From NCBI GenBank assembly GCA_049840735.1, contig JASGJN010000007.1:192001-256000 (forward strand): a stretch of DNA of 64,000 nt, written 5' to 3'. Positions 44,776 through 55,683 of the stretch are shown piece after piece. The position numbers and the translations under genes were made by a program. The number at the start of each line of letters is the position of its first letter. Within the stretch, counting starts at the first letter, position 1. The notes under the pieces were generated by a model. That model was not told the DNA's origin. It ran no database searches and saw only the letters and a list, made by a program, of their open reading frames with translations. The DNA comes from Anaeromyxobacter sp. (lineage in GTDB: Bacteria; Myxococcota; Myxococcia; Myxococcales; Anaeromyxobacteraceae).

Positions 44776-46740
44776 ATGACGCGACTCGCACCCCTGCTCC
44801 TGGCGCTGCTCCTCCTCCCGACCGCCTCCCGGGCGGACACCTCCGAGGAGCTGACCATCCTCAGCTACCACGAGGTCTCCGACGCCAAGGACGCGCTGGA
44901 GGCGTCCTACGCGGTCACGCCGACCAACTTCCTGCGCCAGATGGACTGGCTGCGGAACCACGGCTACCGCTTCGTCGGCATCGACGACCTGGTGGCGGCG
45001 CGGCAGGGCAGGCGCCCGCTGCCGGACAAGGCGGTCCTGGTCACCTTCGACGACGCCTACCAGTCGGTCTACGACCACGCCTGGCCGGTGCTGAAGATGT
45101 TCCGCATCCCGGCGGTGGTGAACGTGGTGGGCTCGTGGCTGGAGACGCAGGGGACGCTCCAGTTCGACGGCAAGCCCACCGCCCGCAGCCGGCTGCTCTC
45201 CTGGGCCGAGCTGAAGGAGATGGTGGACAGCGGGCTGGTGGAGGTGGGCAGCCACAGCTTCGACCTGCACCAGGGCGTGCAGGGCAACCCGCAGGGCAAC
45301 CTGGAGCCGGCGGCCATCACGCGCCGATACCTGCCGGAGCAGAAGCGCTACGAGGACGAGGCCACCTACCGCAAGCGCGTGGAGGCGGACCTGGAGCGGA
45401 ACAGCGCGCTCATCAAGCGGCGCACCGGCAAGGCGCCGCGGGTGGTGGCCTGGCCCTACGGGCGCTACAACCAGACCACGCGCGAGCTGGCCGAGCGGCT
45501 GGGGATGCCCATCGGCCTGACGCTGGACGACGGCGCCAACATGCCCGGGACGCCGCTGTGGGGGCTGCGGCGGATCCTGGTGGAGGGCGGCTTCCGGCTC
45601 TGGGACCTGGAGCGCGAGATCACCATCCGCAACCAGAACCTGTCGGACAACGACCGGCCGGCCAAGGTGATGCACGTCGATCTGGACTACCTGTACGACC
45701 CCGATCCGGCCCAGACCGATCGCAACCTGGGCCACCTGCTGGACCGGATCTGGTTCATGGGCGTGAACACGGTCTACCTGCAGGCCTTCGCGGATCCGGA
45801 CGGCAACGGGGCCGCCGACGCGGTCTACTTCCCCTGCCGGCGCATGCCCACCCGCGCCGACCTGTTCAACCGGGTGGCCTGGCAGATCCGCACCCGCACC
45901 AACGTCCGGCGCCTCTACGCCTGGATGCCGGTGCTGGCCTGGCAGCTGCCCGCCGGCGATCCGGCCGCGGGGGACAAGGTGGTGGCCGCCGCCGGCGGCG
46001 ACTCGGCGGGGCGGGTGGACATGGGCTACCCGCGCCTCTCGCCCTTCTCGCCGCGCGCGCGGCAGGCCGTCCGGGAGATCTACGAGGACCTGGCCCGCAC
46101 CTCGATGTTCGACGGCCTCCTCTTCCACGACGACCTGACCCTCTCCGACCACGAGGACGCCAGCAGCTTCGGGCTGGCGGCCTACAAGGCCTGGGGGCTG
46201 CCCGGCTCGGTGGAGGAGATCCGCCGGAGCGACGACCTGCTGGGGCGGTGGACCATCTTCAAGATCAACGCGCTCGACGACCTGGCCCTGGAGCTCGCGG
46301 CGGTGGTCCGGGCCCAGCAGCCGGCGCTGGTGGTGGGGCGGAACCTGTACGCGCGGGTGGTGCTCAACCCCAGGGCCGAGGTCTGGTACGCGCAGTCCCT
46401 CGACAACTCGCTGGCCCGCTACGACTTCACCGCCATCATGGCCATGCCGTACATGGAGAACGCCGCCGACCCGGCCGCCTTCTTCCACGAGCTGGCGGAC
46501 GCGGTGAACGACCGCCCCGGCGCCATGAAGAAGGTCGTCTTCGAGCTGCAGGCCGTGGACTGGCGCGGCGGCAACAAGCCCGTGCCCTCGGAGGAGCTGG
46601 CCGCCACCATCCGCAGCCTCTACGGGATGGGCGTCCAGCACGTGGGGTACTATCCGGACGTCATGTTCGACAACCACCCGGCGCCGGCGGTGATGAAGCC
46701 GGTGCTGGATCTCAAGCCCAACGCCTTCGGGACGCGCTGA
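44776..46740 (+). CDS. pgaB: Poly-beta-1,6-GlcNAc N-deacetylase / glycoside hydrolase PgaB
   Basis: LSYHEV, VTFDDAY, GSHSFDLH, WPYG, HVDLDY, VYLQAFADPDG, RADLFNRVAWQ, FELQ, GYYPD. Confidence 0.95.
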   Translation: MTRLAPLLLALLLLPTASRADTSEELTILSYHEVSDAKDALEASYAVTPTNFLRQMDWLRNHGYRFVGIDDLVAARQGRRPLPDKAVLVTFDDAYQSVYDHAWPVLKMFRIPAVVNVVGSWLETQGTLQFDGKPTARSRLLSWAELKEMVDSGLVEVGSHSFDLHQGVQGNPQGNLEPAAITRRYLPEQKRYEDEATYRKRVEADLERNSALIKRRTGKAPRVVAWPYGRYNQTTRELAERLGMPIGLTLDDGANMPGTPLWGLRRILVEGGFRLWDLEREITIRNQNLSDNDRPAKVMHVDLDYLYDPDPAQTDRNLGHLLDRIWFMGVNTVYLQAFADPDGNGAADAVYFPCRRMPTRADLFNRVAWQIRTRTNVRRLYAWMPVLAWQLPAGDPAAGDKVVAAAGGDSAGRVDMGYPRLSPFSPRARQAVREIYEDLARTSMFDGLLFHDDLTLSDHEDASSFGLAAYKAWGLPGSVEEIRRSDDLLGRWTIFKINALDDLALELAAVVRAQQPALVVGRNLYARVVLNPRAEVWYAQSLDNSLARYDFTAIMAMPYMENAADPAAFFHELADAVNDRPGAMKKVVFELQAVDWRGGNKPVPSEELAATIRSLYGMGVQHVGYYPDVMFDNHPAPAVMKPVLDLKPNAFGTR

Positions 46741-46749
46741 GAGGCCCCG

Positions 46750-48015
46750 GTGACCGCGCCACTCGACGCCTTCTGGAGCGTGCTGCTGGCGTTCGTCTTC
46801 TGGTACCCGCTGTTCATGTCGTACCTGTGGATGCTCGGGGCCGCGCTGTTCTACTGGCGGTTCGAGCGCCCGGAGCCGGCCTGGGATCACCCGCCCGAGC
46901 TGGCCCGCTCGCCGCCCATCTCCGTGCTGGTCCCCCTCTACAACGAGGAGGAGAACGCGGAGGAGACGCTGACGCAGGCGCTGGCGCTGGACTACCCGGA
47001 GTTCGAGGTCATCGCCGTCAACGACGGCAGCAAGGACGGGACCGGGGCGGTCATCGACCGGCTGGCCGCCCTGCACCCCCGGCTCAAGGCCGTGCACCTG
47101 GCGCAGAACCAGGGCAAGGCCATGGGGCTCCAGGCCGCCTGCCTCCTGGCGCGCCACGAGCTCTTGCTCTGCATCGACGGGGACGCGCTCATCGACCGGC
47201 ACGCCGCCCGGTGGATGGTCCGCCACTTCGTGGAGGACCCGCACGTGGCGGCCGTGACCGGCAACCCGCGCATCCGCAACCGCTCCACGCTCATCGGGCG
47301 GGTGCAGGTGGGCGAGTTCTCGTCGATCGTGGGGATCATCAAGCGGGCGCAGCGCATCTTCGGCCGCATCTTCACCGTCAGCGGCGTGATCGGCGCCTTC
47401 CGCAAGGCGGCCATCCACGACGTGGGCTACTGGAGCCCGGACGTGATGACCGAGGACATCGACATCACCTGGAAGCTCCACCGGGCCGGGTGGGAGGTGC
47501 GGTTCGAGCCGCGGGCGCTGATCTGGATCCTCATGCCCGAGACGCTGCGCGGGCTCTGGAAGCAGCGGCTCCGCTGGGCCATGGGCGGCGCGCAGGTGCT
47601 GCTCAAGAACCTGCACCTGCTGCTCCACCCGCGGCGCAGCTACCTCTGGCCGCTCCTGGTGGAGATGGTGGCCAGCCTGGCCTGGGCCTACGCCATGCTG
47701 CTCCTGACGCTGGCCTGGGTGGTCTCGCCGTTCCTCCCCGCCGGCGCCGCGCCGGTGACCAGCTCGCCGCTGAGCCCGGCCGGCGGCGGGATGATGCTGG
47801 GCGCCACCTGCCTGCTCCAGTTCGTCTTCAGCTGGTGGCTGGACAGCCGCTACGACCGCGGGCTGGGCCGGAACCTGTTCTGGATGATCTGGTACCCGGT
47901 GGTCTTCTGGATCATCAACAGCGTCTCGACCGTCTGGGCGCTGCCCAAGGTGCTGGTGCGGGGCCGCGGCGCCCGGGCGCGCTGGGTGAGCCCGGATCGC
48001 GGCTTCAGGCCGTGA
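46750..48015 (+). CDS. pgaC: Poly-beta-1,6-GlcNAc synthase PgaC (GT2)
   Basis: NDGSKD, NQGKA, IDGDA, TEDIDI, KQRLRW, WVSPDRG. Confidence 0.95.
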   Translation: MTAPLDAFWSVLLAFVFWYPLFMSYLWMLGAALFYWRFERPEPAWDHPPELARSPPISVLVPLYNEEENAEETLTQALALDYPEFEVIAVNDGSKDGTGAVIDRLAALHPRLKAVHLAQNQGKAMGLQAACLLARHELLLCIDGDALIDRHAARWMVRHFVEDPHVAAVTGNPRIRNRSTLIGRVQVGEFSSIVGIIKRAQRIFGRIFTVSGVIGAFRKAAIHDVGYWSPDVMTEDIDITWKLHRAGWEVRFEPRALIWILMPETLRGLWKQRLRWAMGGAQVLLKNLHLLLHPRRSYLWPLLVEMVASLAWAYAMLLLTLAWVVSPFLPAGAAPVTSSPLSPAGGGMMLGATCLLQFVFSWWLDSRYDRGLGRNLFWMIWYPVVFWIINSVSTVWALPKVLVRGRGARARWVSPDRGFRP

Positions 48016-48220
48016 TCCGCGTGTAGGTGGCGCACCTCCAGGCGGCATCTCGCCGCCTGGCCGGGGAGCTAGGTCCTCGGGTCCGGCCGGTGCGACACAA
48101 GGCCGCATTCTTGGGCCCGGCGTGAACATCTACAAGGGCCCGCCCGTCCAGCCGGCAGAGCGCAACCCCCACGCCCCCCTGGGCGAAGGGCCAGGCAGGG
48201 CGCGCAGCGAGGTAGACGCA

Positions 48221-48685
48221 GTGAGCGACACCCTCATCATCGACGCGCGGCACCGGCTGCGCTGGCACCAGCGCCTCGTCTCCGACGCGTCCACCGCCAC
48301 GCTGTGGGGCGTCTGGCTGTGGCTGTGGTCGCCCGTGGTCCGGTCGCTCGAGTGGGCCTCGCACCTGGGACACCGCGGCTACCCGTTCATGCTGAAGTGG
48401 CTCTCCGCCGGGCCGGTGACCGACCTCGACCACGCGGCGGTGCTGCTGGCCGGGACCTCCGGGACGCTGCTGGTCTGGAAGGGGCTGGCCGCCCAGCGGC
48501 CCAGCCTCCCGCCGCCGTGCTCCGAGCACGACTACGCCGGCCACTTCGGCGTGGCCATGGAGCAGCTGCGGGCCGCCCAGGGCGCCTCGGTCTGCGTGGT
48601 GCACCACGACGAGAGCGGCCGGATCGTGCGCCTGGAGTGCCGCGCCTCCGCCTCCGCCTCCGCAGCCGCGCAGGCCGCCGCGTAG
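48221..48685 (+). CDS. pgaD: PNAG biosynthesis protein PgaD
   Basis: LIIDARH start after GAGG; two TM segments; YAGHFGV..VVHHDESGRI C-terminus; follows pgaC. Confidence 0.75.
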   Translation: MSDTLIIDARHRLRWHQRLVSDASTATLWGVWLWLWSPVVRSLEWASHLGHRGYPFMLKWLSAGPVTDLDHAAVLLAGTSGTLLVWKGLAAQRPSLPPPCSEHDYAGHFGVAMEQLRAAQGASVCVVHHDESGRIVRLECRASASASAAAQAAA

Positions 48686-48739
48686 GCGGGCCGCAGCGCC
48701 GCCCGGCCGCCGCGCGGCGGGAGCGGGCGGGCGCGAACC

Positions 48740-51263
48740 TCACCAGCCGGGGCGATCGAAGCTGCCGGTGTGGCCCGGGGTGACCACCTCGAGCCGCCGC
48801 AGCGCGCGCCACAGCGCCAGCGCCTCCGCCGGCGCGTAGGGGCGGTGCACCAGGTGCGCCCGGAAGGTGGACACGCCCAGGCCGAGCAGCGCCTGGAAGC
48901 GCGGCGAGAGGTTGAAGGGGGCATCACCCAGCGTGAAGCTGCGGCAGCGGTCGTTCACCACCGTGACCTGGCCGCCGTGCGAGGAGGTCAGCTCCAGCTG
49001 CTCGAAGCTGCAGGCCGCGGGGCCGGGGCAGCCGCCGCGCAGGTTGGCGTAGGGGCAGGACTCGGAGATGAACAGCGGCGAGTCCTCGTAGACCACCACC
49101 GCCGCCGCCTGCCCCAGCTCCCTGACCATCGCCGCCAGGTTGCGCCGGACGTCCTCGGTGGAGAGCGTCACGCGCGACAGCCCCAGCTCGCGGAGCTGGC
49201 GGGCCGCGCCGCGGTTCACCGCGTACAGGCTCCAGTCCGAGGAGAGGTCCAGCCCGTCGGTCTGTCCGGGCGAGAGCCCGAGCAGCGTCCAGGAGGCGGC
49301 GTTGGTCAGCTCGAAGCGGGCGAAGCCGGCCGCGCGCAGCGCGTCCAGGCGGGCGCGCAGCGCCTTCTCCTCCCAGGCGCGCAGGATGAGCGGCAGCCCC
49401 AGCCTGAGCCGCCCGCGGCCGCCGGCCCGCGCCGCCAGCGCGTCGAGCCGCGGGACCAGGTCGCGGGCCGGCTCGCGCGAGAGGTCCAGCACCAGCTCGT
49501 CCGCGGCGGAGAGGTCCTCCGGGGCGAAGGCGTCGAGCGCCGCCAGCGCGCCCACCTTGAGGATCCAGCGCGGCGCAGGGGCCGGCGCGGGCGCAGCCAC
49601 CGGGGCCGGGCGCAGCTCCGCGCGGGCGGCGGCGGCGCGCGCGGTGGCGTCCTCGGCCAGGGCGCGGTCGAGCGCGGCCAGCACCTCCCGGCGGGCCTCG
49701 TTGAGGCGCGACACCGGCACGAAGCGAGCCTGCGGGTTCTCCCAGGCCAGCGCCTCCAGCCGGAAGCGCGTGTCGCCCACCTTCTCCAGCGCCTTCCGCG
49801 CAGTGGCGGCGAGCCGCTCCGGATCGCCGGCCGGATCGAGCGGGCCGGCGAGGTGGGCCTCGGCGCGGAGCGCGCGGCCCGGGGCGGCCTCGACCGAGGC
49901 GGTGAGCCGGACCCCGTCCTCGCCCACCAGCGCGTCCAGGCGCACGCCGCGCCGCGCACGCTGGGTGGCGAGGTTGGGCCTGTCCAGCCGGTAGCGCAGC
50001 TTCACGCCCTGCGAGGAGGAGCAGGGAGACCGGGGCGCCCAGCGGCAGGGTGGGGTAGCCGGGCGGGAGCGGGACCTCGACCAGCGCCCCCGCCGGCGCC
50101 TCGAAGACCTCCTGGCCGCGGCCGCCCTGCACCACGCGCAGCGCCCCGATGCCGAAGCCGAAGGGGCGATCGAGCCCGGGGACCTCGACCTGCAGGCCGT
50201 CGTGGCGCGCCAGCGGGCGCGAGGTGCGGAACTGCACCGCGGCGGCGCCGCCGCGCTTCACGACCCCCTGCAGCGTCCCCACCGGCGTGCCGCGGTGGCC
50301 GACCCGATCGCGGTCGGCCACGTCCTTGTGGCGGTGCGAGTCGAGGTAGAGGGTGGTCCAGGGGCGCGCGAAGGTGGCCTGGAGGTCGGCCTCGCGATCC
50401 GCCCGCTCCTCGGGCGGGAGCGTGCCGTCCAGCAGGCGGCGGTAGAAGTCGACCGCGGCCGCCACGTAGAGCGGCGCCTTCTTGCGCCCCTCGATCTTGA
50501 GGCAGGCCACGCCCGCGTCGCGCAGGGCCAGGACGTGGTCGGGGAGGGCCAGGTCCTTCATGGAGAAGGCGAAGCCGCTCTCCGCCAGCTCCGGGCCGGG
50601 CGCGAGGCCGTTCACCGACCGGACCTGCCAGCGATCGCGGCAGGGGTAGGCGCACTGCCCGCGGTTGCCGCTGCGGCCCAGCAGCTGTGAGGAGAACAGG
50701 CACAGGCCGCTGTAGGCGTAGCAGAGGGCGCCGTGCACGAAGGCCTCGACGGCGACGCCCGGCACCGCGGCCGCGGCGCGGATCTCGTCCAGCGTCAGCT
50801 CGCGCGCCAGCGTCACCTGGGCGAAGCCGAGGTCGCGCAGCGCCGCCACGGCGGCCGCGGAGTGGGCGGCCAGCTGGGTGGAGGCGTGCAGCTCCAGCTC
50901 GGGGAAGTGGCGGCGGGCCACGCGGGCCACGCCCAGGTCCTGCACGATGAGCGCGTCGGCGCCCAGGTCGGCCAGGGCGCCCAGCGTGTCGATCAGGCCG
51001 TCCAGCTCGTCGTCCAGCACCAGCGTGTTGACCGCCACGAAGCAGCGGCGGCGCGGGGTGAGCGCCCGCGCGTGGCCGAGCAGCCGGTCCAGCTCGTCGA
51101 GCGTGAAGTTCTGGGCGTCGGCGCGGGCCGAGTAGCGCTCCAGGCCGAGGTAGACCGCGTCGGCGCCGTACTGGAACGCCGCCAGCCCCGCCTCCAGGCC
51201 GCCGGCCGGGGCGAGGAGCGCAGTCCGGCGCGGCTCGGCGGAGGAGGGGGGCGGGGCGGGCAC
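48740..51263 (-). CDS. U32 family protein with C-terminal extension (RlhA/DUF3656-like); frameshift at ~50010-50025
   Basis: LLAPAG, GADAVYLG, HASTQ, EAFVHGALCYAYSGLC..RSGNRGQCAYPCR, KIEGR; continues in 48740-50005. Confidence 0.85.
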
Positions 51264-51271
51264 GGCTCGGC

Positions 51272-52237
51272 TCAGGCCACGGCCGCGCCGCAGGCCTGGC
51301 AGAAGCGGGCGTTGGCGGAGAGGCTCCCGCCGCAGCTCATGCAGAAGCGGGTGGCAGGGGCGGCGGCGGGGGCCGGGGCCGGGGCCGGGGCGTCGGTCGG
51401 GGCAGCCGGTGCCTGGGGGAGGATGGGCGCGTAGGCGGCCGGCTGCGGCTGGGCCGGGGCCGGGCCGAAGCCCGCGCCGTAGGCCGCGTGGGAGGGGGCG
51501 GCGGGCGCGGCCGGGCGCTGCTGGGCGCCGCCCGCGCGGAAGGCCGCGACGAGGTTGTTGTGGTCCTCGAGGAACTTGAGGCCCTGGACGATGAGGAGGA
51601 TGACGCCGACCAGGATGAGCGAGGTGATCTGGCCGACGATGTAGAGGACCTTGTGCGTGGAGCCGCTGGTGAGCTGCGGTGGGCGGGCGAGCGTCGCGAC
51701 GGCGCGGTCGCGCAGCGAGAGCAGCTCGTTGAGCGCGAGGATGGAGAGGATGAAGGAGGCGATGAAGAAGAGGAAGCCGATGCCCACCAGGCTGGTGAGG
51801 ACGCCGAGCACCGAGCAGGCGATCATGGACCAGAAGAGCGCCTCGAAGTTGGAGGAGGGCACCCGGGCCAGCCGCTGGTAGAGCTTGCCCGCCTGGAAGA
51901 ACTTGACCAGGCCGTAGATGCCCAGCGTGACGATGTGGAGCAGGATGACCGTCGCGACGTCGAAGGGCTCCAGCTCGTGCGGCTGCACGGGGAGGGCGGC
52001 GGCGGTGGAGGGCCCGAAGCCCGGTGAGCGCTGCGCCGGGGCGGCGAGCTGCGCGCTGCCGAACTGCGGGACGGAGGAGAGCGGGGCCCACCCCGACATG
52101 CCCGCCGTCCAGACGCGCGTCGCCGGGGTGATGGTGTTCTGGGCCAGCAGCCCGCGGATGGCGTCGGCCGTGACCGGGCCCGTCTGCTGGCCGTTGAACT
52201 CGTAGTACCAGGTGGCGGAGGCGTTCTGCGCGTACAT
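51272..52237 (-). CDS. Membrane protein: GYF_2 (DUF4339) + DUF4234-like TM region + C-terminal zinc ribbon
   Basis: WYYEFNGQQTGP..VWTAGMSGW; IVTLGIYG; FCMSCG..ARFCQACG. Confidence 0.82.
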   Translation of the reverse strand: MYAQNASATWYYEFNGQQTGPVTADAIRGLLAQNTITPATRVWTAGMSGWAPLSSVPQFGSAQLAAPAQRSPGFGPSTAAALPVQPHELEPFDVATVILLHIVTLGIYGLVKFFQAGKLYQRLARVPSSNFEALFWSMIACSVLGVLTSLVGIGFLFFIASFILSILALNELLSLRDRAVATLARPPQLTSGSTHKVLYIVGQITSLILVGVILLIVQGLKFLEDHNNLVAAFRAGGAQQRPAAPAAPSHAAYGAGFGPAPAQPQPAAYAPILPQAPAAPTDAPAPAPAPAAAPATRFCMSCGGSLSANARFCQACGAAVA

Positions 52238-52408
52238 GCGTCCCTCGGTGGAGGCGGAATCGGAGGCCGGGAGCCGGCGCCGGAGAGCATACCGGAAGCC
52301 AGCCCGCGAGGGTTGTCGCGCAGGCGGGAGGCAGGAGACGGGGGACCAGCGGGCGCCGGCGGGCGCCGCGCGTGGAGGAAGGGAAGGGTGTGCGCGGCGT
52401 CGCCGGCG

Positions 52409-52666
52409 TCAGCTGCGGAGCGCCGAGGCGCCGTGGCCCTGGGCGCGGAAGAGGCTGGCGAGGTGGTCCGCCGCCTGGTCGTTGCCCGCCGCGCGGAGCG
52501 CCTTCAGCGCCAGCGTCTCCAGGTCCTGCTCCGTGAGGTGGACCTGGATGGCCGTCTCCTCGTAGGAGAGCGCGAGGTAGCAGCGCCCGTTGTCGCGGCC
52601 AGCCGAAAGCTCCGCCTCGATGTTGTTCGAATCGCCCGTCATGGTGTCGAGCAGTTCAGCGTGCAT
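52409..52666 (-). CDS. Hypothetical protein (85 aa)
   Basis: GGAGG RBS; protein-like composition. Confidence 0.55.
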   Translation of the reverse strand: MHAELLDTMTGDSNNIEAELSAGRDNGRCYLALSYEETAIQVHLTEQDLETLALKALRAAGNDQAADHLASLFRAQGHGASALRS

Positions 52667-52967
52667 GAGGCCCCTCCATCGCCCCCCATTCTACGACCCC
52701 GTGACGCGCCGGGTCATCTTTCGGTGGTGCCGGGCACCACGAGCTTGAAGCGACTGGCGAAATTGGGCGGGCTGCCTTCCGTCGACGGGGGGTCGCGGAG
52801 GGATCGGTGGCTGGAGAGGCGCTGATGGCGCCTCGTTGGAGTCAGCTGGGGGGACCGGCAGCCCTCGGTGCACGTCGGCGCCGGCGCTGCTCAGGTGCGC
52901 GGACACACGTCTCCCGTGCTCCGCCGCGAACGCGGCGCGAGCCGGACGGCCCGGGAGCGCAGTGCGC

Positions 52968-53672
52968 TCAGCTCGGCGGGTTCTTCCGCTTCTTCTTCCG
53001 CTTCAGCGCCGCCCGGCGGCGCTTCGCCCACGCGTCCGTGCCGATGTACGTCGCCCGCACCAGGTCCTCGCGCCGCTCCTCGGCCTGGGCCTTCCGCCGC
53101 TGCTTCGCCTTCCCCTCCTGATCGGCGCACAGCGCCTGGTACTTCTTCCGGCGCGTCACGTCCGTCTTCCCCAGCGCCAGATACTCCGGCAGGTCGTCGA
53201 TGAGCGGGTGCCGCTCGCCGTACGCGTAGTGCCGGTGGCTCGAGTACGCGTAGTCCTTGGCGCTCCTCACCATGCCGGCCATCACCGGGTTGCGGTCCCC
53301 GTAGCCCGACACGAGCAGCGGCGCCTCGCCCCCCGTCTCCACCTGCCCGGAGTAGAGCCGCTCCATGACCACCTGCCCGCAGCGCTCCGTCTGCTCGTTG
53401 TACCAGCGCGCGAACACGCTGTTCACGTCGCGCCAGAAGCCGCTGAACGCCGCCTGGCCGCGCGTGGCCTTGAGCTGCACGTGCACGTGCGTGGTCATGA
53501 TGCAGAAGGAGTGGATGAGGATGCCGTACTTGCCCTTGTACTTGGCTAGCAGCGACAGGTAGAGCTCCGGCGCCCCCGCCAGCTCGAAGATCCGCGAGTG
53601 GTTATGGGCCTGCCAGGTGCAGTGATGCACCGTGCCCTCGCCCACCAGCCATCTTCTCGCGGTCCGCCCCAC
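52968..53672 (-). mobile_element. REP-associated tyrosine transposase (RAYT, IS200/IS605 HUH superfamily)
   Basis: VHHCT, FCIMTTHVH (HUH), YGDRNPVMAGMV..YAYSS (catalytic Tyr and NPxxAG motif); no tnpB adjacent. Confidence 0.85.
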
Positions 53673-53686
53673 GGCCAGGCGCAGAG

Positions 53687-53701
53687 GCAAGCCGCGTGCC
53701 G
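53687..53701 (-). promoter_or_regulatory. Candidate sigma-54 (-24/-12) promoter immediately upstream of RAYT
   Basis: Minus strand CGGCACGCGGCTTGC matches TGGCACG-N4-TTGC with correct spacing. Confidence 0.5.
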
Positions 53702-53773
53702 CCCGTGACCCACCGTGAATGCGCGCCCTTCGCAGCGCGCACCCCTTCGCCCATGGTCCGCCGTTCGTCCGCA

Positions 53774-53846
53774 CCGTCCGCGCCGCGGACGGCCCAGATG
53801 GTGGTCTCCGGGACCTCCCGCGGGACCTCCCGAAAAGCCGGACCTC
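53774..53846. repeat. Cluster of short hairpins and direct repeats upstream of RAYT (candidate REPs)
   Basis: CCGTCCGC-GCC-GCGGACGG hairpin; CGGGACCTCCCG twice in tandem (53809-53832); partial third copy. Confidence 0.5.
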
Positions 53847-53908
53847 TGGAAATGAAACGGCCGCCCGGGGGGGCGGCCGTGGAGTGCGGGACGGGGAGGG
53901 CGCGAGGG

Positions 53909-54547
53909 CTACTTCTTGAAGTAGCGCCGCGCCTCCTTGGCCACGCCCTTGATGAAATCCTCGGTCAGCTGCGCGGTGGTCAGCGTCGCGTTCGCGGTGG
54001 TGGAGTCGCTCTGGCAGCCCCACACCACCTTCCGCTTCGACACGTCCCAGAATCGTCGTCTCGGCGGTGATGGTCCGCACCTCCGCCATCTCCGGCTTGC
54101 GGTACAGGCCGTACGAGGTCGTCACGTACCCGTAGTAATCATCGAACCCGGTCTCGACGGGCACCCACTGCTCGCGCCCCTGGTGCAGCTCCTTCTCGGC
54201 GCCGACGCGCGCGATGCGCACCACAATCAGCGAGTCGACGCCGGAGGCGAGCACCGGCCTCCTTGATCCTTCTCCCGGTCGCCGAGGTCCTCGTCCCCGA
54301 GCACGTCGTGGCTGCGCACGGCCTCCACCCCGCGCGACTGCAGCTGCGCGCTGATCTTGTCCTCGGCGGTCACGCGCCGCTTGTCCTCGGCCGCCAGCAC
54401 CACCACCATCGGCTTCTTGAACTGGGCCCCCTTCGACTCGGGGTCGGACCAGCTGCGGGTGATCTCCGTGTTGGAGGAGCACCCGGCGGCGGCGAGGGCC
54501 AGGAGCGCGGCCGCGAGGGGCTTCAAGCTGGTCGAGGTGGTCGACAT
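53909..54547 (-). CDS. DUF4136-like lipoprotein; frameshifts at ~54265 and ~54050
   Basis: Lipobox AAAGC; SWSDPE..MVVVL..RRVTAED; C-terminal DVSKRKVVW in a shifted frame. Confidence 0.7.
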
Positions 54548-54647
54548 GGGACGCTCTCCGGGCAGGGGGCGGGACACTGCGGCCCCGCTCATGGGACCAT
54601 GGTCCATAGCACGCCCGCCCGCGCGCCATCCACGGTAGGCTATCCCC

Positions 54648-55185
54648 ATGACCTCCGCCCCCCGGCGCCGCCTCGCGCCCCTCCTCCTGCCGCTGGCGCT
54701 CCTCCTGGGCGCGGGCTGCAAGACCATCGAGGTGTCCAACACCTTCCCGCCCGGCACCGAGTTCGCGCGCTACCACAGCTTCGCGCTGGTGCCGCAGGCG
54801 GAGCTGGACCAGCGCTTCGGCAAGTCGGCGCTGCGCCCGGAGGCCCGGCAGGTGATCGAGACGGCGCTGGTCCGCGAGCTCCAGGGGCGCGGCCTCACCT
54901 CCGCCCCCGCGCCGGCCGACCTCTGGGTGGCCTACTTCGCGGGCGTCGCCTCCGTCGCCGACAGCCGCATCTCCGGCTACAAGTACGAGTGGTCCGGCGG
55001 CGCGACGGCCTCCCCGGTCGCCGTCCAGAACGAGAATCGACTCGGGCTGGATCACGGTCGACCTCGTCGACACCAAGACGGGCGAGCTGGTCTGGCGCGG
55101 CAAGGGCCAGGTCCAGAAGCCCGACCGCGAGGCGGTCGACGCGGTGGTCACGGCCCTGGTGGCGCAGTACCCGCACCTCCGCTGA
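54648..55185 (+). CDS. DUF4136 lipoprotein; frameshift at ~55045
   Basis: Lipobox GAGC; FARYHSF; ELQGRG..ADLWVAY; ITVDLVDTKTGELVWRG in the shifted frame, ending at TGA 55183-55185. Confidence 0.78.
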
Positions 55186-55238
55186 GCGCCAGCGCGCCGG
55201 CTCGGGCGCCGCGGCCTCCCTGGTCTACAATCCCACCG

Positions 55239-55680
55239 ATGCTGGGCCGCCTGCTCCGCTCCGCGGTGGTGACGCTGGCCGGCGCCCCCGCGCCGCGGGT
55301 GCGCGGCGTGGAGCGCGTCCGCGCCGCCGGCCTGCGCGCGCTGCTCATGGCCACGCTGGCCGGCCGGCCGCTCGACGAGGTGCTGGCCCTCCTGGACGCC
55401 GCCCCGGCGACCGGGGAGGACGTCCGCATCCCCCGGGCGCTGCGCCGCTGGCCAACCACCTGCCTCTACCGCTCGCTCGCCGGCTACGCCCGCCTCCGGG
55501 CGGTGGGTGAGGACGTCCGGTTCGTGATAGGAATCGCCGCCGTGGACGGCGATCTCGCCGGGCACGCCTGGCTCGAGCGGGCCGGCGAACCGCTCGGCGA
55601 GCCGGAAGATCCGCGCCGGCGCTACGCCGTCGCGTACACGCACCCGCCGCGCCCGTCCCCGGAGGTCCCGGTGCTCCCAG
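55239..55680 (+). CDS. Lasso peptide B2-type transglutaminase-like leader peptidase (no in-frame stop; possibly fused to the RRE)
   Basis: TTCLYRSL..RFVIGI..GHAWLE Cys-His motif typical of Transglut_core3/B2 proteins. Confidence 0.85.
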
Positions 55681-55683
55681 CCA

